From Eledone cirrhosa (lineage: Eukaryota): a stretch of 64,000 nucleotides of DNA. The notes beneath the pieces were generated by a model. It was not told the DNA's origin. It saw nothing but the letters and a program-made list of their open reading frames with translations, and searched no databases. The stretch spans positions 115,816,001-115,880,000 of the forward strand of contig OZ024744.1 in NCBI GenBank assembly GCA_964016885.1, written 5' to 3'. Within the stretch, counting starts at the first letter, position 1; each line of letters begins with the position of its first letter. Positions 1 through 13,099 of the stretch are shown one piece after another. Position numbers and translations under genes: made by a program.

Positions 1-3000
1 CTAACTTAATAGTAACACCTGGTATAGTGTTGGACATGTCTAACTTAATAGTACCACCTGGTATAGTGTTGGCTTTATCTAACTTAATAACACCACCTGG
101 TATAGTGTTGGCTATGTCTAACTTAATAACACCACGTGGTATAGTGTTGGACATGTCTAACTTATTAGTAACACCTGGTATAGTGTTGGACATGTCTAAC
201 TTAATAGTATCACCTGGTATAGTGTTGGCTATGTCTAACTTAATAACACCACCTGGTATTGTGTTGGCTATGTCTAACTTAATAACACCACCTGATATAG
301 TGTTGGCTATATCTAACTTAATAGTAACACCTGGTATAGTGTTGGCTATGTCTAACTTAATAACACCACCTGGTATAGTGTTGGCTATGTCTAACTTAAT
401 AACACCACCTGGTATAGTGTTGGCTATGTCTAACTTAATAGTAACACCTGGTATAGTGTTGGACATGTCTAACTTAATAGTACCACCTGGTATAGTGTTG
501 GCTATGTCTAACTTAATAACACCAACTGGTATAGTGTTGGCTATGTCTAACTTAATAGTACCACCTGGTATAGTGTTGGCTATGTCTAACTTAATAACAC
601 CACCTGGTATAGTGTTGGCTTTGTCTAACTTAATAGTACCACCTGGTATAGTGTTGGCTATGTCTAACTGAATAACACCAACTGGTATAGTGTTGGACAT
701 GTCTAACTTAATAGTACCACCTGGTATAGTGTTGGCTATGTCTAACTTAATAACACCACCTGGTATAGTGTTGGCTATGTCTAACTTAATAACACCACCT
801 GGTATAGTGTTGGCTATGTCTAACTTAATAACACCAACTGGTATAGTGTTGGCTATGTCTAACTTAATAGTACCACCTGGTATAGTGTTGGCTATATCTA
901 ACTTAATAGTACCACCTGGTATAGTGTTGGCTATGTCTAACTTAATAGTACCACCTGGTATAGTGTTGGCTATGTCTAACTTAATAGTACCACCTGCTAT
1001 AGTGTTGGCTATGTCTAACTTAATAGTACCACCTGGTATAGTGTTGGCTATGTCTAACTTAATAACACCACCTGGTATAGTGTTGGACATGTCTAACTTA
1101 ATAACACCACCTGGTATAGTGTTGGCTATGTCTAACTTAATAGTACCACCTGGTATAGTGTTGGCTATGTCTAACTTAATAGTACCACCTGGTATAGTGT
1201 TGGCTATGTCTAACTTAATAACACCACCTGGTATAGTGTTGGCTATGTCTAACTTAATAGTACCACCTGGTATAGTGTTGGACATGTCTAACATAATAGT
1301 ACCACCTGGTATAGTGTTGGACATGTCTAACTTAATAGTACCACCTGGTATAGTTTTGGCTATGTCTAACTTAATAACACCACCTGGTATAGTGTTGGCT
1401 ATGTCTAACTTAATAACACCACCTGGTATAGTGTTGGCTATGTCTCACTTAATAGTACCACCTGGTATAGTGTTGGCTATGTCTAACTTAATAACACCAC
1501 CTGGTATAGTGTTGGACATGTCTAACTTAATAGTAACACCTGGTATAGTGTTAGACATGTCTAACTTAATAGTACCACCTGGTATAGTGTTGGCTATGTC
1601 TAACTTAATAACACCACCTGGTATAGTGTTGGACATGTCTAACTTAATAACACCACCTGGTATAGTGTTGGACATGTCTAACTTAATAGTAACACCTGGT
1701 ATAGTGTTGGACATGTCTAACTTAATAGTACCACCTGGTATAGTGTTGGCTATGTCTAACTTAATAACACCACCTGGTATAGTGTTGGCTATGTCTAACT
1801 TAATAACACCACCTGGTATAGTGTTGGCTATGTCTAACTTAATAGTAACACCTGGTATAGTGTTGGACATGTCTAACTTAATAATACCACCTGGTATAGT
1901 GTTGGCTATGTCTAACTTAATAACACCAACTGGTATAGTGTTGGCTATGTCTAACTTAATAGTACCACCTGGTATAGTGTTGGACATGTCTAACATAATA
2001 GTACCACCTGGTATAGTGTTGGACATGTCTAACTTAATAGTACCACCTGGTATAGTTTTGGCTATGTCTAACTTAATAACACCACCTGGTATAGTGTTGG
2101 ACATGTCTAACTTAATAGTAACACCTGGTATAGTGTTGGACATGTCTAACTTAATAGTAACACCTGGTATAGTGTTGGACATGTCTAACTTAATAGTAAC
2201 ACCTGGTATAGCGTTGGACATGTCTAACTTAATAGTACCACCTAGTACAGTGTTGGCTATGTCTAACTTAATAACACCACCTGGTATAGTGTTGGACATG
2301 TCTAACTTAATAGTAACACCTGGTATAGTGTTGGACATGTCTAACTTAATAGTAACACCTGGTATAGTGTTGGACATGTCTAACTTAATAGTACCACCTG
2401 GTATAGTGTTGGCTTTATCTAACTTAATAACACCACCTGGTATAGTGTTGGCTATGTCTAACTTAATAACACCACGTGGTATAGTGTTGGACATGTCTAA
2501 CTTATTAGTAACACCTGGTATAGTGTTGGACATGTCTAACTTAATAGTATCACCTGGTATAGTGTTGGCTATGTCTAACTTAATAGTACCACCTGGTATA
2601 TTGTTGGCTATATCTAACTTAATAACACCACCTGGTATAGTGTTGGCTATATCTAACTTAATAACACCACCTGGTATAGTGTTGGCTATATCTAACTTAA
2701 TAACACCACCTGGTATAGTGTTGGCTATGTCTAACTTAATAGTACCACCTGGTATAGTGTTGGCTATGTCTAACTTAATAGTACCACCTGGTATAGTGTT
2801 GGCTATGTCTAACTTAATAACACCACCTGGTATAGTGTTGGACATGTCTAACTTAATAGTAACACCTGGTATAGTGTTGGACATGTCTAACTTAATAGTA
2901 CCCCCTGGTATAGTGTTGGCTATGTCTAACTTAATAACACCACGTGGTATAGTGTTGGACATGTCTAACTTAATAGTACCACCTGGTATAGTGTTGGACA

Positions 3001-4940
3001 TGTCTCACTTAATAGTACCACCTGGTATAGTGTTGGCTATGTCTAACTTAATAACACCACCTGGTATAGTGTTGGACATGTCTAACTTAATAGTACCACC
3101 TGGTATAGTGTTGGACATGTCTAACTTAATAGTACCACCTGGTATAGTGTTGGCTATGTCTAACTTAATAACACCACCTGGTATAGTGTTGGCTATGTCT
3201 AACTTATTAGTAACACCTGGTATAGTGTTGGACATGTCTAACTTAATAGTACCACCTGGTATAGTGTTGGCTATGTCTAACTTAATAACACCACCTGGTA
3301 TAGTGTTGGCTATGTCTAACTTATTAGTAACACCTGGTATAGTGTTGGACATGTCTAACTTAATAGTACCACCTGGTATAGTGTTGGCTATGTCTAACTT
3401 AATAACACCAACTGGTATAGTGTTGGCTATGTCTAACTTAATAGTACCACCTGGTATAGTGTTGGCTATGTCTAACTTAATAACACCACCTGGTATAGTG
3501 TTGGCTTTGTCTAACTTAATAGTACCACCTGGTATAGTGTTGGCTATGTCTAACTTAATAACACCACCTGGTATAGTGTTGGCTATGTCTAACTTAATAG
3601 TACCACCTGGTATAGTGTTGGCTATGTCTAACTTAATAACACCACCTGGTATAGTGTTGGCTATGTCTAACTTAATAACACCACCTGGTATAGTGTTGGC
3701 TATGTCTAACTTAATAACACCAACTGGTATAGTGTTGGCTATGTCTAACTTAATAACACCACCTGGTATAGTGTTGGCTATGTCTAACTTAATAACACCA
3801 CCTGGTATAGTGTTGGCTATGTCTAACTTAATAACACCAACTGGTATAGTGTTGGCTATGTCTAACTTAATAGTACCACCTGGTATAGTGTTGGCTATAT
3901 CTAACTTAATAACACCACCTGTTATAGTGTTGGCTATGTCTAACTTAATAGTACCACCTGGTATAGTGCTGGCTATGTCTAACTTAATAGTACCACCTGC
4001 TATAGTGTTGGCTATGTCTAACTTAATAGTACCACCTGGTATAGTGTTGGCTATGTCTAACTTAATAGTACCACCTGCTATAGTGTTGGCTATATCTAAC
4101 TTAATAGTACCACCTGGTATAGTGTTGGCTATGTCTAACTTAATAGTACCACCTGGTATAGTGTTGGCTATGTCTAACTTAATAGTACCACCTGGTATAG
4201 TGTTGGCTATGTCTAACTTAATAGTACCACCTGCTATAGTGTTGGCTATGTCTAACTTAATAACACCACCTGGTATAGTGTTGGCTTTATCTAACTTAAT
4301 AACACCACCTGGTATAGTGTTGGCTATGTCTAACTAAATAACACCACCTGGCATAGTGTTGGACATGTCTAACTTAATAACACCACCTGGTATAGTGTTG
4401 GCTATGTCTAACTTAATAACGCCAACTGGTATAGTGTTGGCTATGTCTAACTTAATAGTACCACCTGGTATAGTGTTGGCTATATCTAACTTAATAACAC
4501 CACCTGGTATAGTGTTGGCTATGTCTAACTTAATAGTACCACCTGGTATAGTGTTGGCTATGTCTAACTTAATAGTACCACCTGCTATAGTGTTGGCTAT
4601 GTCTAACTTAATAGTACCACCTGGTATAGTGTTGGCTATGTCTAACTTAATAGTACCACCTGCTATAGTGTTGGCTATATCTAACTTAATAGTACCACCT
4701 GGTATAGTGTTGGCTATGTCTAACTTAATAGTACCACCTGGTATAGTGTTGGCTATGTCTAACTTAATAGTACCACCTGGTATAGTGTTGGCTATGTCTA
4801 ACTTAATAGTACCACCTGGTATAGTGTTGGCTATGTCTAACTTAATAACACCACCTGGTATAGTGTTGGACATGTCTAACTTAATAACACCACCTGGTAT
4901 ATTGTTGGCTATATCTAACTTAATAACACCAACTGCTATA
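1..4940. repeat. 39-bp minisatellite, ~126 units, runs off the window start
   Basis: Unit CTAACTTAATAGTACCACCTGGTATAGTGTTGGCTATGT repeated without indels; gives 13-aa periodic ORFs on both strands. Confidence 0.98.
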
Positions 4941-5081
4941 GATGACATAAAACAACAAAATAAATAAAATATTAAATGATAAAATAGAAACAGGTACAAA
5001 TATTGGCTGGAAGTAGGACTTTAATCTTTAGAAATGAGATATAAATAATATTACATCAAGTTAACGTCTAAATCAATACAA

Positions 5082-5082
<1 letters not shown>

Positions 5083-5154
<72 letters not shown>

Positions 5155-5475
5155 AATATATATATATATATATATACACCTATACATACATATGTAAATA
5201 CATATATACATACACATGCAAATACACAAGCATATGCACACACACATACACATACATACACACATACACATACATACACATGCCCACACAATCATACATA
5301 TATATAAATACACCTATACATACATATATAAATACATACGTACACACACATACGCATATGCACACACACATTCACATACATACACAAGCCCACACATGCA
5401 TACACATATACATACACATACACATGTATATACACATACATATACATACACACATACACACATACCTACATACAC
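5083..5475. repeat. (CA)n/(TA)n compound microsatellite
   Basis: Pure CA run followed by degenerate CATA/CACA; the TGCCCACACAATCATACA marker is shared with 7380, 18240 and 24975. Confidence 0.95.
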
Positions 5476-5489
5476 CGATACTCAAAAGA

Positions 5490-6420
5490 AAAAGGCCAGG
5501 AAATGTTACTTTGAGAGGTTTGTGAATGGAGAGAAAGGAATGGAGGAAGTGAGACAAACCCCAATTGAGCCAACAGAGGGACCAGCTATTAAAATAGACA
5601 TTCATAGGGTCATAAAAGCAATGAAGGAGTGGTAAAGCTGCTGGACCCTCAGAGATAGGTGCCAAGATGTTGAAATTATCTGTGGAAATAGGAGCTGAAC
5701 TAGTCACCCACATTGTCAATCAGGTAATACAGGACCTAGTGAATGTGACTGGCAATAGATCCAATGACAGGGGCAGCAGTACAATCATAAGTTGCTGCAA
5801 CGGTGATGCTCTAGAAAGGAGCAACTATTGAGGAATAAAACTTATGGACCAAATTATGAACGTCCCCGAAAGTGTTTTAGCACAACTAATTAGGGAAAGA
5901 GTCAAATTAGACGAGATGTGGTTCAGAGAATTTCCTAGCCAAGAATAAGCTTCTATATTTAGTTTTTGTTGGTCTAGAGAAGGCCTTTGATGGAGTACTC
6001 TGATCTATTATCTGGTGGTCCTTAAGGAAACTAGGTGTAGAAGTATGGCTTGTGAGGACAGTGCAAACTATGTAGAGGAGTTTAAAACTGGCTGTCCATG
6101 GCAACCACTCTAGACCAATGATCTGATCCTCATTGCTGAATCCATAAAATAAAACTAGAGAATAAATTCCAACTATGGAAACAGAATTTAGAATCAAAGG
6201 GTCTGAGAGTAAACTTACTTAAAACTAAAGTGCTGGTTAGTAAGTAGGGAGAAGACAGGACATTAATCCCTTCATGAGAAGTGGCTACATCTGTTGACAG
6301 CAAAATATTTCTCCCTACGTAGAAAAGGCCAGCTGTTTGATGCCTGTGTGTAAAGACTGGTATTGAATGGTACTGAGACATGGGCAGTAACTGCAGAGGA
6401 CATGTGATAACTGAGGATAA
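5490..6420 (+). pseudogene. Heavily decayed RTE-clade LINE ORF fragment (linker and RT remnants)
   Basis: PTEGPAIKID, GPSEIGAKMLK and KLGVEVWLVR-like remnants are colinear with the 27.3-30 kb RTE; many stops and deletions. Confidence 0.8.
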
Positions 6421-6559
6421 ATTAGATCATGATTTGTCATCACCAAATCCCTATTCTCTGCCTAAACCCCGCCCCACATATCAGACACAATCCTATCACC
6501 ACCACCGTCACCAATTTTTCATGATAAGCAATATATATATATGTGGAAGGTCAATGAAG

Positions 6560-7322
6560 GCAGACGTTAAACGGTGCTGGTGATGGTGATGATGATGGCA
6601 ATAATATAATTATAGTTTAATTTGATTCATAAAATGACTAATTTAGGTTGCCATGCCCCAATTCTAAAACAAATTGTAATATATGTAACAAGGGAGGTAA
6701 TCCAAGGCAACTGTTGTCTTAAATGATATTACTGTGTTATGACTTATTAAACTAAATATATTTTGAATTAAAACTAGACATAAATTATTCCCAATATATA
6801 CAGTGAGTCTATGTTTCGATGTACTTAAATAACATATACCCAATGACTGGTGCAATCGTAAATTGCTACAAGGGTAAAGGTGATACCCTAGAAAGGAGCA
6901 ACTATAAGGGAATATAATTAATGGACCAAGTTATGAAAGTAACAGAGTTATAGCACAACTAATTAGGGAAAGAGTTAAATTAGACGAGATGCAGCTCAGA
7001 GAAGTTCCTAGCTAATAATAAGCTTCTATATTTAGTTTTGTTTTGGTCTAGAAAAGGCTGAGTATCACGATCTATTATCTGGTGGTCCTTAAATAAATTG
7101 GGTGTAGAAGAATGGCTTGTGAGAGCAGTGCGAGTTTATTATAGTCCTTCAGGCCATAGCAAAGGAGTTTAAGACATGATGTATATGGAAACCTCTGTAC
7201 TCTGATGATCTAGTCTTCATAGCAGAATCCATAGAGAAACTAGAGAAGAAGTTCTGTTGAAACAGAATTTACAATCAAAAGGTTTTAGAGTAAAGTTAGC
7301 CAAAACTAAAGTGTTGGTAAGT
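6560..7322 (+). repeat. Duplicated segment copy A: RTE tail, ~240-bp AT-rich non-TE block, decayed RTE RT fragment
   Basis: Near identical to 17420-18180, 24155-24918 and 30062-30620; the same 63-aa minus-strand ORF occurs in all four copies. Confidence 0.95.
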
Positions 7323-7605
7323 AAATACACACCCATACACATACACACACACACATACGTACATACACATACATACACATGCCCACACAATCATACACAT
7401 TTATATATATATATACCTATACATACATATATAAATACATATGTACACACACGTACACATGCACACACATGCATACACACACACATACACATACATACAA
7501 AAGCCCACACATGCATACACATATATATATACATATATGTATATACACATACACACATACAGACACACATACACACACACATACATATACACATACATAC
7601 ATACC
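7323..7605. repeat. CA/TA-rich microsatellite
   Basis: Direct inspection. Confidence 0.9.
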
Positions 7606-7680
7606 ACCTTACGGGGTAGACTGGGTCTTTTTATCCATGATTGATGGACACTAATCAACGAAATTGATGATATATATATA

Positions 7681-7748
7681 CCCGTCTAACCCATGCTAGC
7701 ATGGAAGAACGGACGTAAAACGGTGATGATGATGATGATGATGATGAT
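7681..7748 (+). mobile_element. Extremely 5'-truncated RTE (3' tail only)
   Basis: CCCGTCTAACCCATGCTAGCATGGAAGAACGGACGTAAAACGGT(GAT)n is identical to the tail at ~20484-20543. Confidence 0.9.
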
Positions 7749-7766
7749 TGATGATATATATACATA

Positions 7767-8623
7767 CTAGCAGAATGGCCCGGTGTTGCTCGGGATTCTA
7801 AACATAGATTGGTATGTTTATCCCTCCTTTCTGAAACAGTACAGAGAAGTATGGAATACCTTGGCCTGGGGATGGTGACTACAATTTGTGCTTATTAAAA
7901 AAATTTGTTACAACAACCAGGGGTTTAACTTAATTGGGTGCCTGAGAGTAAAATGTTCAACCCACGAAAGCCAAGACAAAGGGTTAAGTAAAAAGACATT
8001 CGACAAACCGAACATGTATTTGTTGTGCTATGGTACAATGAAAGAAATAGTTACAGAGCAGTAAGTATGTGGGACTGCAGTGGTGGAGAGCATGAAGTAA
8101 TTTAGTTGGATACTTTTAAGGTTACAGGCCCTAACGCAACCAAAATGTTAAAAGATGTGGTCCCTGGGCAAAAATTCGAAATCTTTTTCAGTCTAGAAAA
8201 TTTGTGAAACATAAGTAATGCATATGCAAAGTTTAAACAAAATTGGTTGGGTACTTCTCGAGTTACGGGCCCTAACGCAATCAAAATGCTTTAAAAATTC
8301 AAATTTTCGCCTAATGCAGTCCCTGGGGCAAAACAGGAGAAAATCATTTTTGCTCAAAACACTTTAAACGACATAAGTAATGCAAATTTTGCAGAAATTG
8401 CCTGGATTATTCCGTTATGCTTCAAAAAAGCCTTTAAAGCCTAAAATATGCAGTTTTTCGCCTAATGCGGTCCCTAGGGCATTGAAAATTTGAAATATTT
8501 ATCGCTCAAAATACTCACATAACCATAAGTATTACATGTGTAAAGTTTGAAACAAATCAGTTGGGTGGTTCTCGAGTTTTAGGGGGACAGACAGACAGAC
8601 ATTCTCTGTTTTAGATATATAGA
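7767..8623 (-). mobile_element. Non-autonomous Helitron, copy A
   Basis: On the minus strand: A|TC start, (CTGT)n near the 5' end, internal ~130-bp repeats, CCCG..CGGG hairpin 8 nt before the CTAG|T 3' end, no TSD. Confidence 0.85.
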
Positions 8624-8640
8624 TATTGATGATATATATA

Positions 8641-9125
8641 TTTAGAATATTAGTATCAGTGTATATATTTAAGAATGACAATAATTGCAAGTGAGTCTTG
8701 TGACATGGTTTTACTTCAGTGAAGTCAAATAAATTGATATAAATAATTGTTACCACATGTTGATGGTCAGTTGGTCACAACTCCCAGACTGGAGTGTGTG
8801 GAGAAGAACAGAAATCTTCTCTTGGTAAGGTTCAAGTGTTTCTTTAGGCTGCCGTCGCAGGAACTGAGACAGGAGTCATCTCTTGAGTAGGTCTGAGGTA
8901 TTCTTGTTGCGGGCGAAGGAAGTGAGAGAGTTATGCCTTGATTGTCCTCAAATATATAGTCCCCAGGGGGATGCAACTCCATTTAGTACATGGATCTGCT
9001 ACAGGGAGTCGCTACCGTCACAAAGGGATGCAACTCCTATACGTATCTGCCACTGGGAGTCGCGACCGTCACAAAGGGACGCAACTCCTATGCGTGCTGA
9101 GTTACAGCCGTAAGGGGCCGCTACA
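8641..9125 (-). repeat. 3' LTR
   Basis: Direct repeat of 13100-13590; starts TGTAGCGGCC on the minus strand; PPT GGAGGAGGGTAC adjacent at ~9126-9137. Confidence 0.93.
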
Positions 9126-9289
9126 GTACCCTCCTCCAGACATTAGGCGAAAAGCCAGAAGGTAACTGTAGCGAACCCACAAGCATGGGCTCCCAGCACA
9201 GGCATGAAATGGTAACGAAAAGGTACATGGTAATACAATAAAGAGAAAAACAAAAAAAGGCTCCAGTGGCCAGTTCACATGAAAACAGT

Positions 9290-12200
9290 TTGGCAGAGTC
9301 TTTCGGGCCAGTGGACTCTTCAACCGGAACATCGGTGAAGGTGGGACAGAAGGAGCAGGTGTATGCACAAGAGAGAAAGATTGGGGTATTTGTGGCTCAG
9401 GTCTATTAGCGTCATTGTATGCCCTTTTTAGTCTACCCACCGAAATTGTCTCTCTGGACCCCTTAATGTCTACAGTGAAATGTTTGTCAGTACGTGCTAA
9501 CACACGGTAGGGTCCAGAGTACGGTTGTGTGAGGGGTGGAGTAACCGCATCGTTTCTGACAAATACATGTGTCCACGAGGCAATATCCCTCGGGACTGCA
9601 GCTTTAATAGTTTGTTTCCGAGTATTCATGGGCGGTAAGTCCTGAAAATAGGAGCGCAAACGAGATACATAGAAAACAGGGTCCTGGAAAGCATTTGCCC
9701 AGGCAACGCTAGAGGAGCACCATACAGTAATTCAGCCGGTGATGACCGAATTCCTAACAACACAAAAGGAAGGTACTCGCTCCAACGTTGAGAGTCTGAA
9801 TAGGCGCGAAGAGCGGCCTTTAATTGGCGGTGGAATTGTTCCACCATTCCATTTGAAGCAGGATGATAAGCTGTGGTGCGAATCCGTTGAGCACCAATGA
9901 TCTTTGTGAGCTCAGAGAAGAGATGAGACTCAAATTGTCTACCACGGTCTGTGGTGACTGTAGTTGGCACCCCAAAGCGGGTAATCCACCCTGATACGAG
10001 GGCACGCGCTACAGTCTCAGCAATTATATCTTTTAAGGGGATGGCCTCATGCCATCGCGAAAAACGATCGATACAGGTCAAGAGGTACGAATATCCACTG
10101 CTGAACGGCCAAGGTCCAACGATTATCAATGTGGATGTGCTGAAACCGAGCATCTGGAGTACTGAAAATACCAAGTGGAGTCCTGATGTGTCTGTGGATT
10201 TTAGATCTCTGACACTGTGTGCAGGAACGGCACCAGACAGTAATTTCTCGCCTCATGTTGGGCCAGAAAAAGCTTTACTGTGGCAGAAATTCCTGGGTGA
10301 GAAATGCTGTGCAAAGCAAGGAACACAATTCGACGGTGAGTCTCAGGAACAAATGGTCGTGGTGAATCCGTAGATACATCACATAGAATCTGCCTGTCGG
10401 TGGTCGAGAAGGGCAGATATTTGAAGATGCAAGTCACAAATTCGGCAGAAAGAGTATCCAACGATTAGAGTGCAGGTTGGTCTGCAGCTAAACGACCTAA
10501 GTCGATCTCCTGATGAGATGGAGCTGATTGGCAAATGTGGCAATGCGATATCATTTGTAAATTGCGAAATGTAGTCCAGGTGCCTTGTGTCTCTGGGCGA
10601 ATATCTGTCGGCTTTAGCCCTCAAAGCGAAGGTCAGGGGTTTGTGGTCAGTTAAAACAGTATAATTTCTCCCCTTAAGAATATGAGAGAAATGTTTCACC
10701 GACAGATATATGGCTAATAATTCCCGCCCAAACATGCTGTAACGCGTTTCTGCTGGTTTCAGCTTCCTCGAGAAAAATGCCATAGGTTGTTGGTTTCCAG
10801 CGTTGAACTGCTCCCACAGCGGTATCAGATGCATCAACACAAAGCGAAAGTTTGGCCTCTGGTACCGGCTGGGCTACCAAAGATGAACTAGAGAGTGCTG
10901 TCTTGGCAGTCTGGAAGTCTTGAAGCTGTCCTTGTGTCAAGGAAATATCCTCATTCTTCTTACAACGATTTTTCAAAATGTCAGTAAGGGAAGATAGGCA
11001 ATTAACACAATGAGGAACGAAACGCCTATAGAAATTGATGAGGCCTAAGAAGTGACGCAACTGGTGAAGTGTATTAGGCGGAGGTAAATTCTGTATGGCT
11101 TGAACTCGCTGAGGGAAACGGCCTAATACCTTCGGCATCCATGAGGTGGCCTAAAAAATTTAGCGAAGTGGAACCGAAAATACATTTTGCAGGATTCACA
11201 CGACCGTGGTAATCCTGAAGTCGCCGAAATAAGAGATGCATGGGCGCATATGCTCTTCCGGAGAGGAACTAGCGATGAGAATATCGTCTATGTATGCATA
11301 AACGAAGTCCAGACAACGAGTGACTTCGTCTATGAACCGCTGAAAAGTGCTAGCGGCGTGCCTGAGTCCGAAAGGCATGGTAAAAAATTCGAAGGATCCG
11401 AAAGGAGTTGTAATCGCCGTTTTCGGAATATCCTCCTCCCTGACCGGAATTTGGTGGTAGGCTCGCACTAAATCTAGTTTTGAGAAAATCTTACACCCCT
11501 GCAATGAAGATGCGAAATCCTGGAGATGGGGAATGGGATACCTATCCGGGACGATCATGGCATTTAACCTCCTATAATCCCCAGTGGGTCTCCAGTTGCT
11601 GGAAGTCTTGGGCACCATGTGTAACGGTGAAGCCCAAGGACTCGTAGATGGGCGAATAATGCCCAGCTGCAGCATATGGTTGAATTCGGACCGTGCTGTC
11701 TTTAATTTGTCCGCCGGTAAGCGGCGTGGACGCGAAAACACTGGAGCACCGGTGGTGGAAATTAAATGTTCGGTCGAGTGTGTTGGCTCAGTGACTCGAA
11801 AATTTCCATCGGTGAGCTCCGGGAAAGTACCCAGCAATGAATGGTAGGCGTCTCCAGTGGCAGCGATGAAGAATATGGGGTTGACTGTTGGAGCATTGGC
11901 TTTCCGGCCACGAATTGAAAAACCGGTGATGTCATCCACCAGGCGTTGGCCACGGACGTCCACAGTCAAAGAAAGGTTGTGGAGGAAATCCGCTCCTAAG
12001 ATAGGGTATGGCAAATCGGCAACCGTAAAAATCCACTTAAAATCCCTATGGAAGATTTAGGAATTTGAGAGGAAGCGAGATTTGCCCGTACGTCTTTATA
12101 GACGAGTGATTAACTGCCTGCAGAGTATTGGATGACTCTACGGGGGTATCTTTCAGGCAATGGACTGGCCAAATAATACAGGAGGCTCCTGTATCCACGT

Positions 12201-12420
12201 GGAAACCTCTTCCCGACCCAAGGTCCTTAATGAAGAAATGGCGGTTTGGTGGCTTTATGTTGAGGTCAACTGCCCCCATCAGCGGACCTCTTTGGCATTT
12301 CCTGCCTTATGAAACGAGCAAGGTTGCACGCAGTGGTTCGCGCTCTCGGCGAATCACTCATGGTACCAACATAAAGATGAAGTTGGTGATTTGGGACTGC
12401 GTCTAAAAGATTGAGATCTC
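9290..12420 (-). pseudogene. pol: Frameshifted gag remnant (CWYH) and pol (PR-RT-RH-IN)
   Basis: ORF pieces 12046-12279, 11196-12014, 10674-11138, 10379-10840, 10047-10256, 9626-10174 and 9102-9659 tile one polyprotein. Confidence 0.93.
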
Positions 12421-13085
12421 CTGCGGCTGCGCGAACGGGCACCACACCAGACCTTCATCTTCTGGAGCTCCCGGGTGAGTTCCTGAATGGACTTTTGCAT
12501 TGCCATAATGGCTGAACGAGATGCCATTGTTATACCATAGGTAATCTGCCAAAAAAAAAAAATCGTCTCTGTTTGGAAAAATGTCTCCAACACAACAGAA
12601 AAGGAAAACAAAATCGATTATTTTTCTCTGTCAAACAACTGGACAGAAAAAAGAATGTATCCGAGACTACTTGAAAAGGAGCGATTAACCAAGCGATGTC
12701 ATTAACAAGGTATAGGCAGGGAATTTTAAACTAAAACCAACATGGCGGACTATTTCGAGCCAAAAACACTATTGATGGAGAAGAAAACCACCATCTTGTC
12801 ATCCTCAAAATTTTTAGCCAGAGAAAAGAAGAAAAGGAGAAAAAAAAAGAATAAACATTCATACAATTGTTGTTTTGTGTTTGTCGGTAAATAAATGGAA
12901 TGTTCGCTTCGCTTTGCACATATGAGGAGTTTGACTGTTACAGATAAAGATGCTGAAATCAGTAAAATACAGCCAGATCGGAATGAAGCGAGTTGTTCTG
13001 TATTAAATGTTTTTTTTTTTTATTTTTTTTTTTATATACACATGGTACTATTTCCCATTCTTTTTTTTTTTTTTTTCTTTTAAAA

Positions 13086-13098
13086 TGTCAGGTCACCA
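13086..13098 (-). promoter_or_regulatory. Primer-binding site, tRNA-Trp-like
   Basis: TGGTGACCTGACA directly after the 5' LTR resembles the Trp PBS TGGTGACCCCGAC used by the CsRN1 clade. Confidence 0.75.
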
Positions 13099-13099
13099 A

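Noticed and set aside
690-4337. 1215-aa ORF as a real gene
   Set aside because: Explained by a stop-free 39-bp unit; non-ATG start, no unique domain, and the antisense frame is equally open
7195-7245. CTGATGA..GAAA hammerhead ribozyme core (also in paralogs)
   Set aside because: It is the decayed LYADD coding motif of RTE and has no supporting stems
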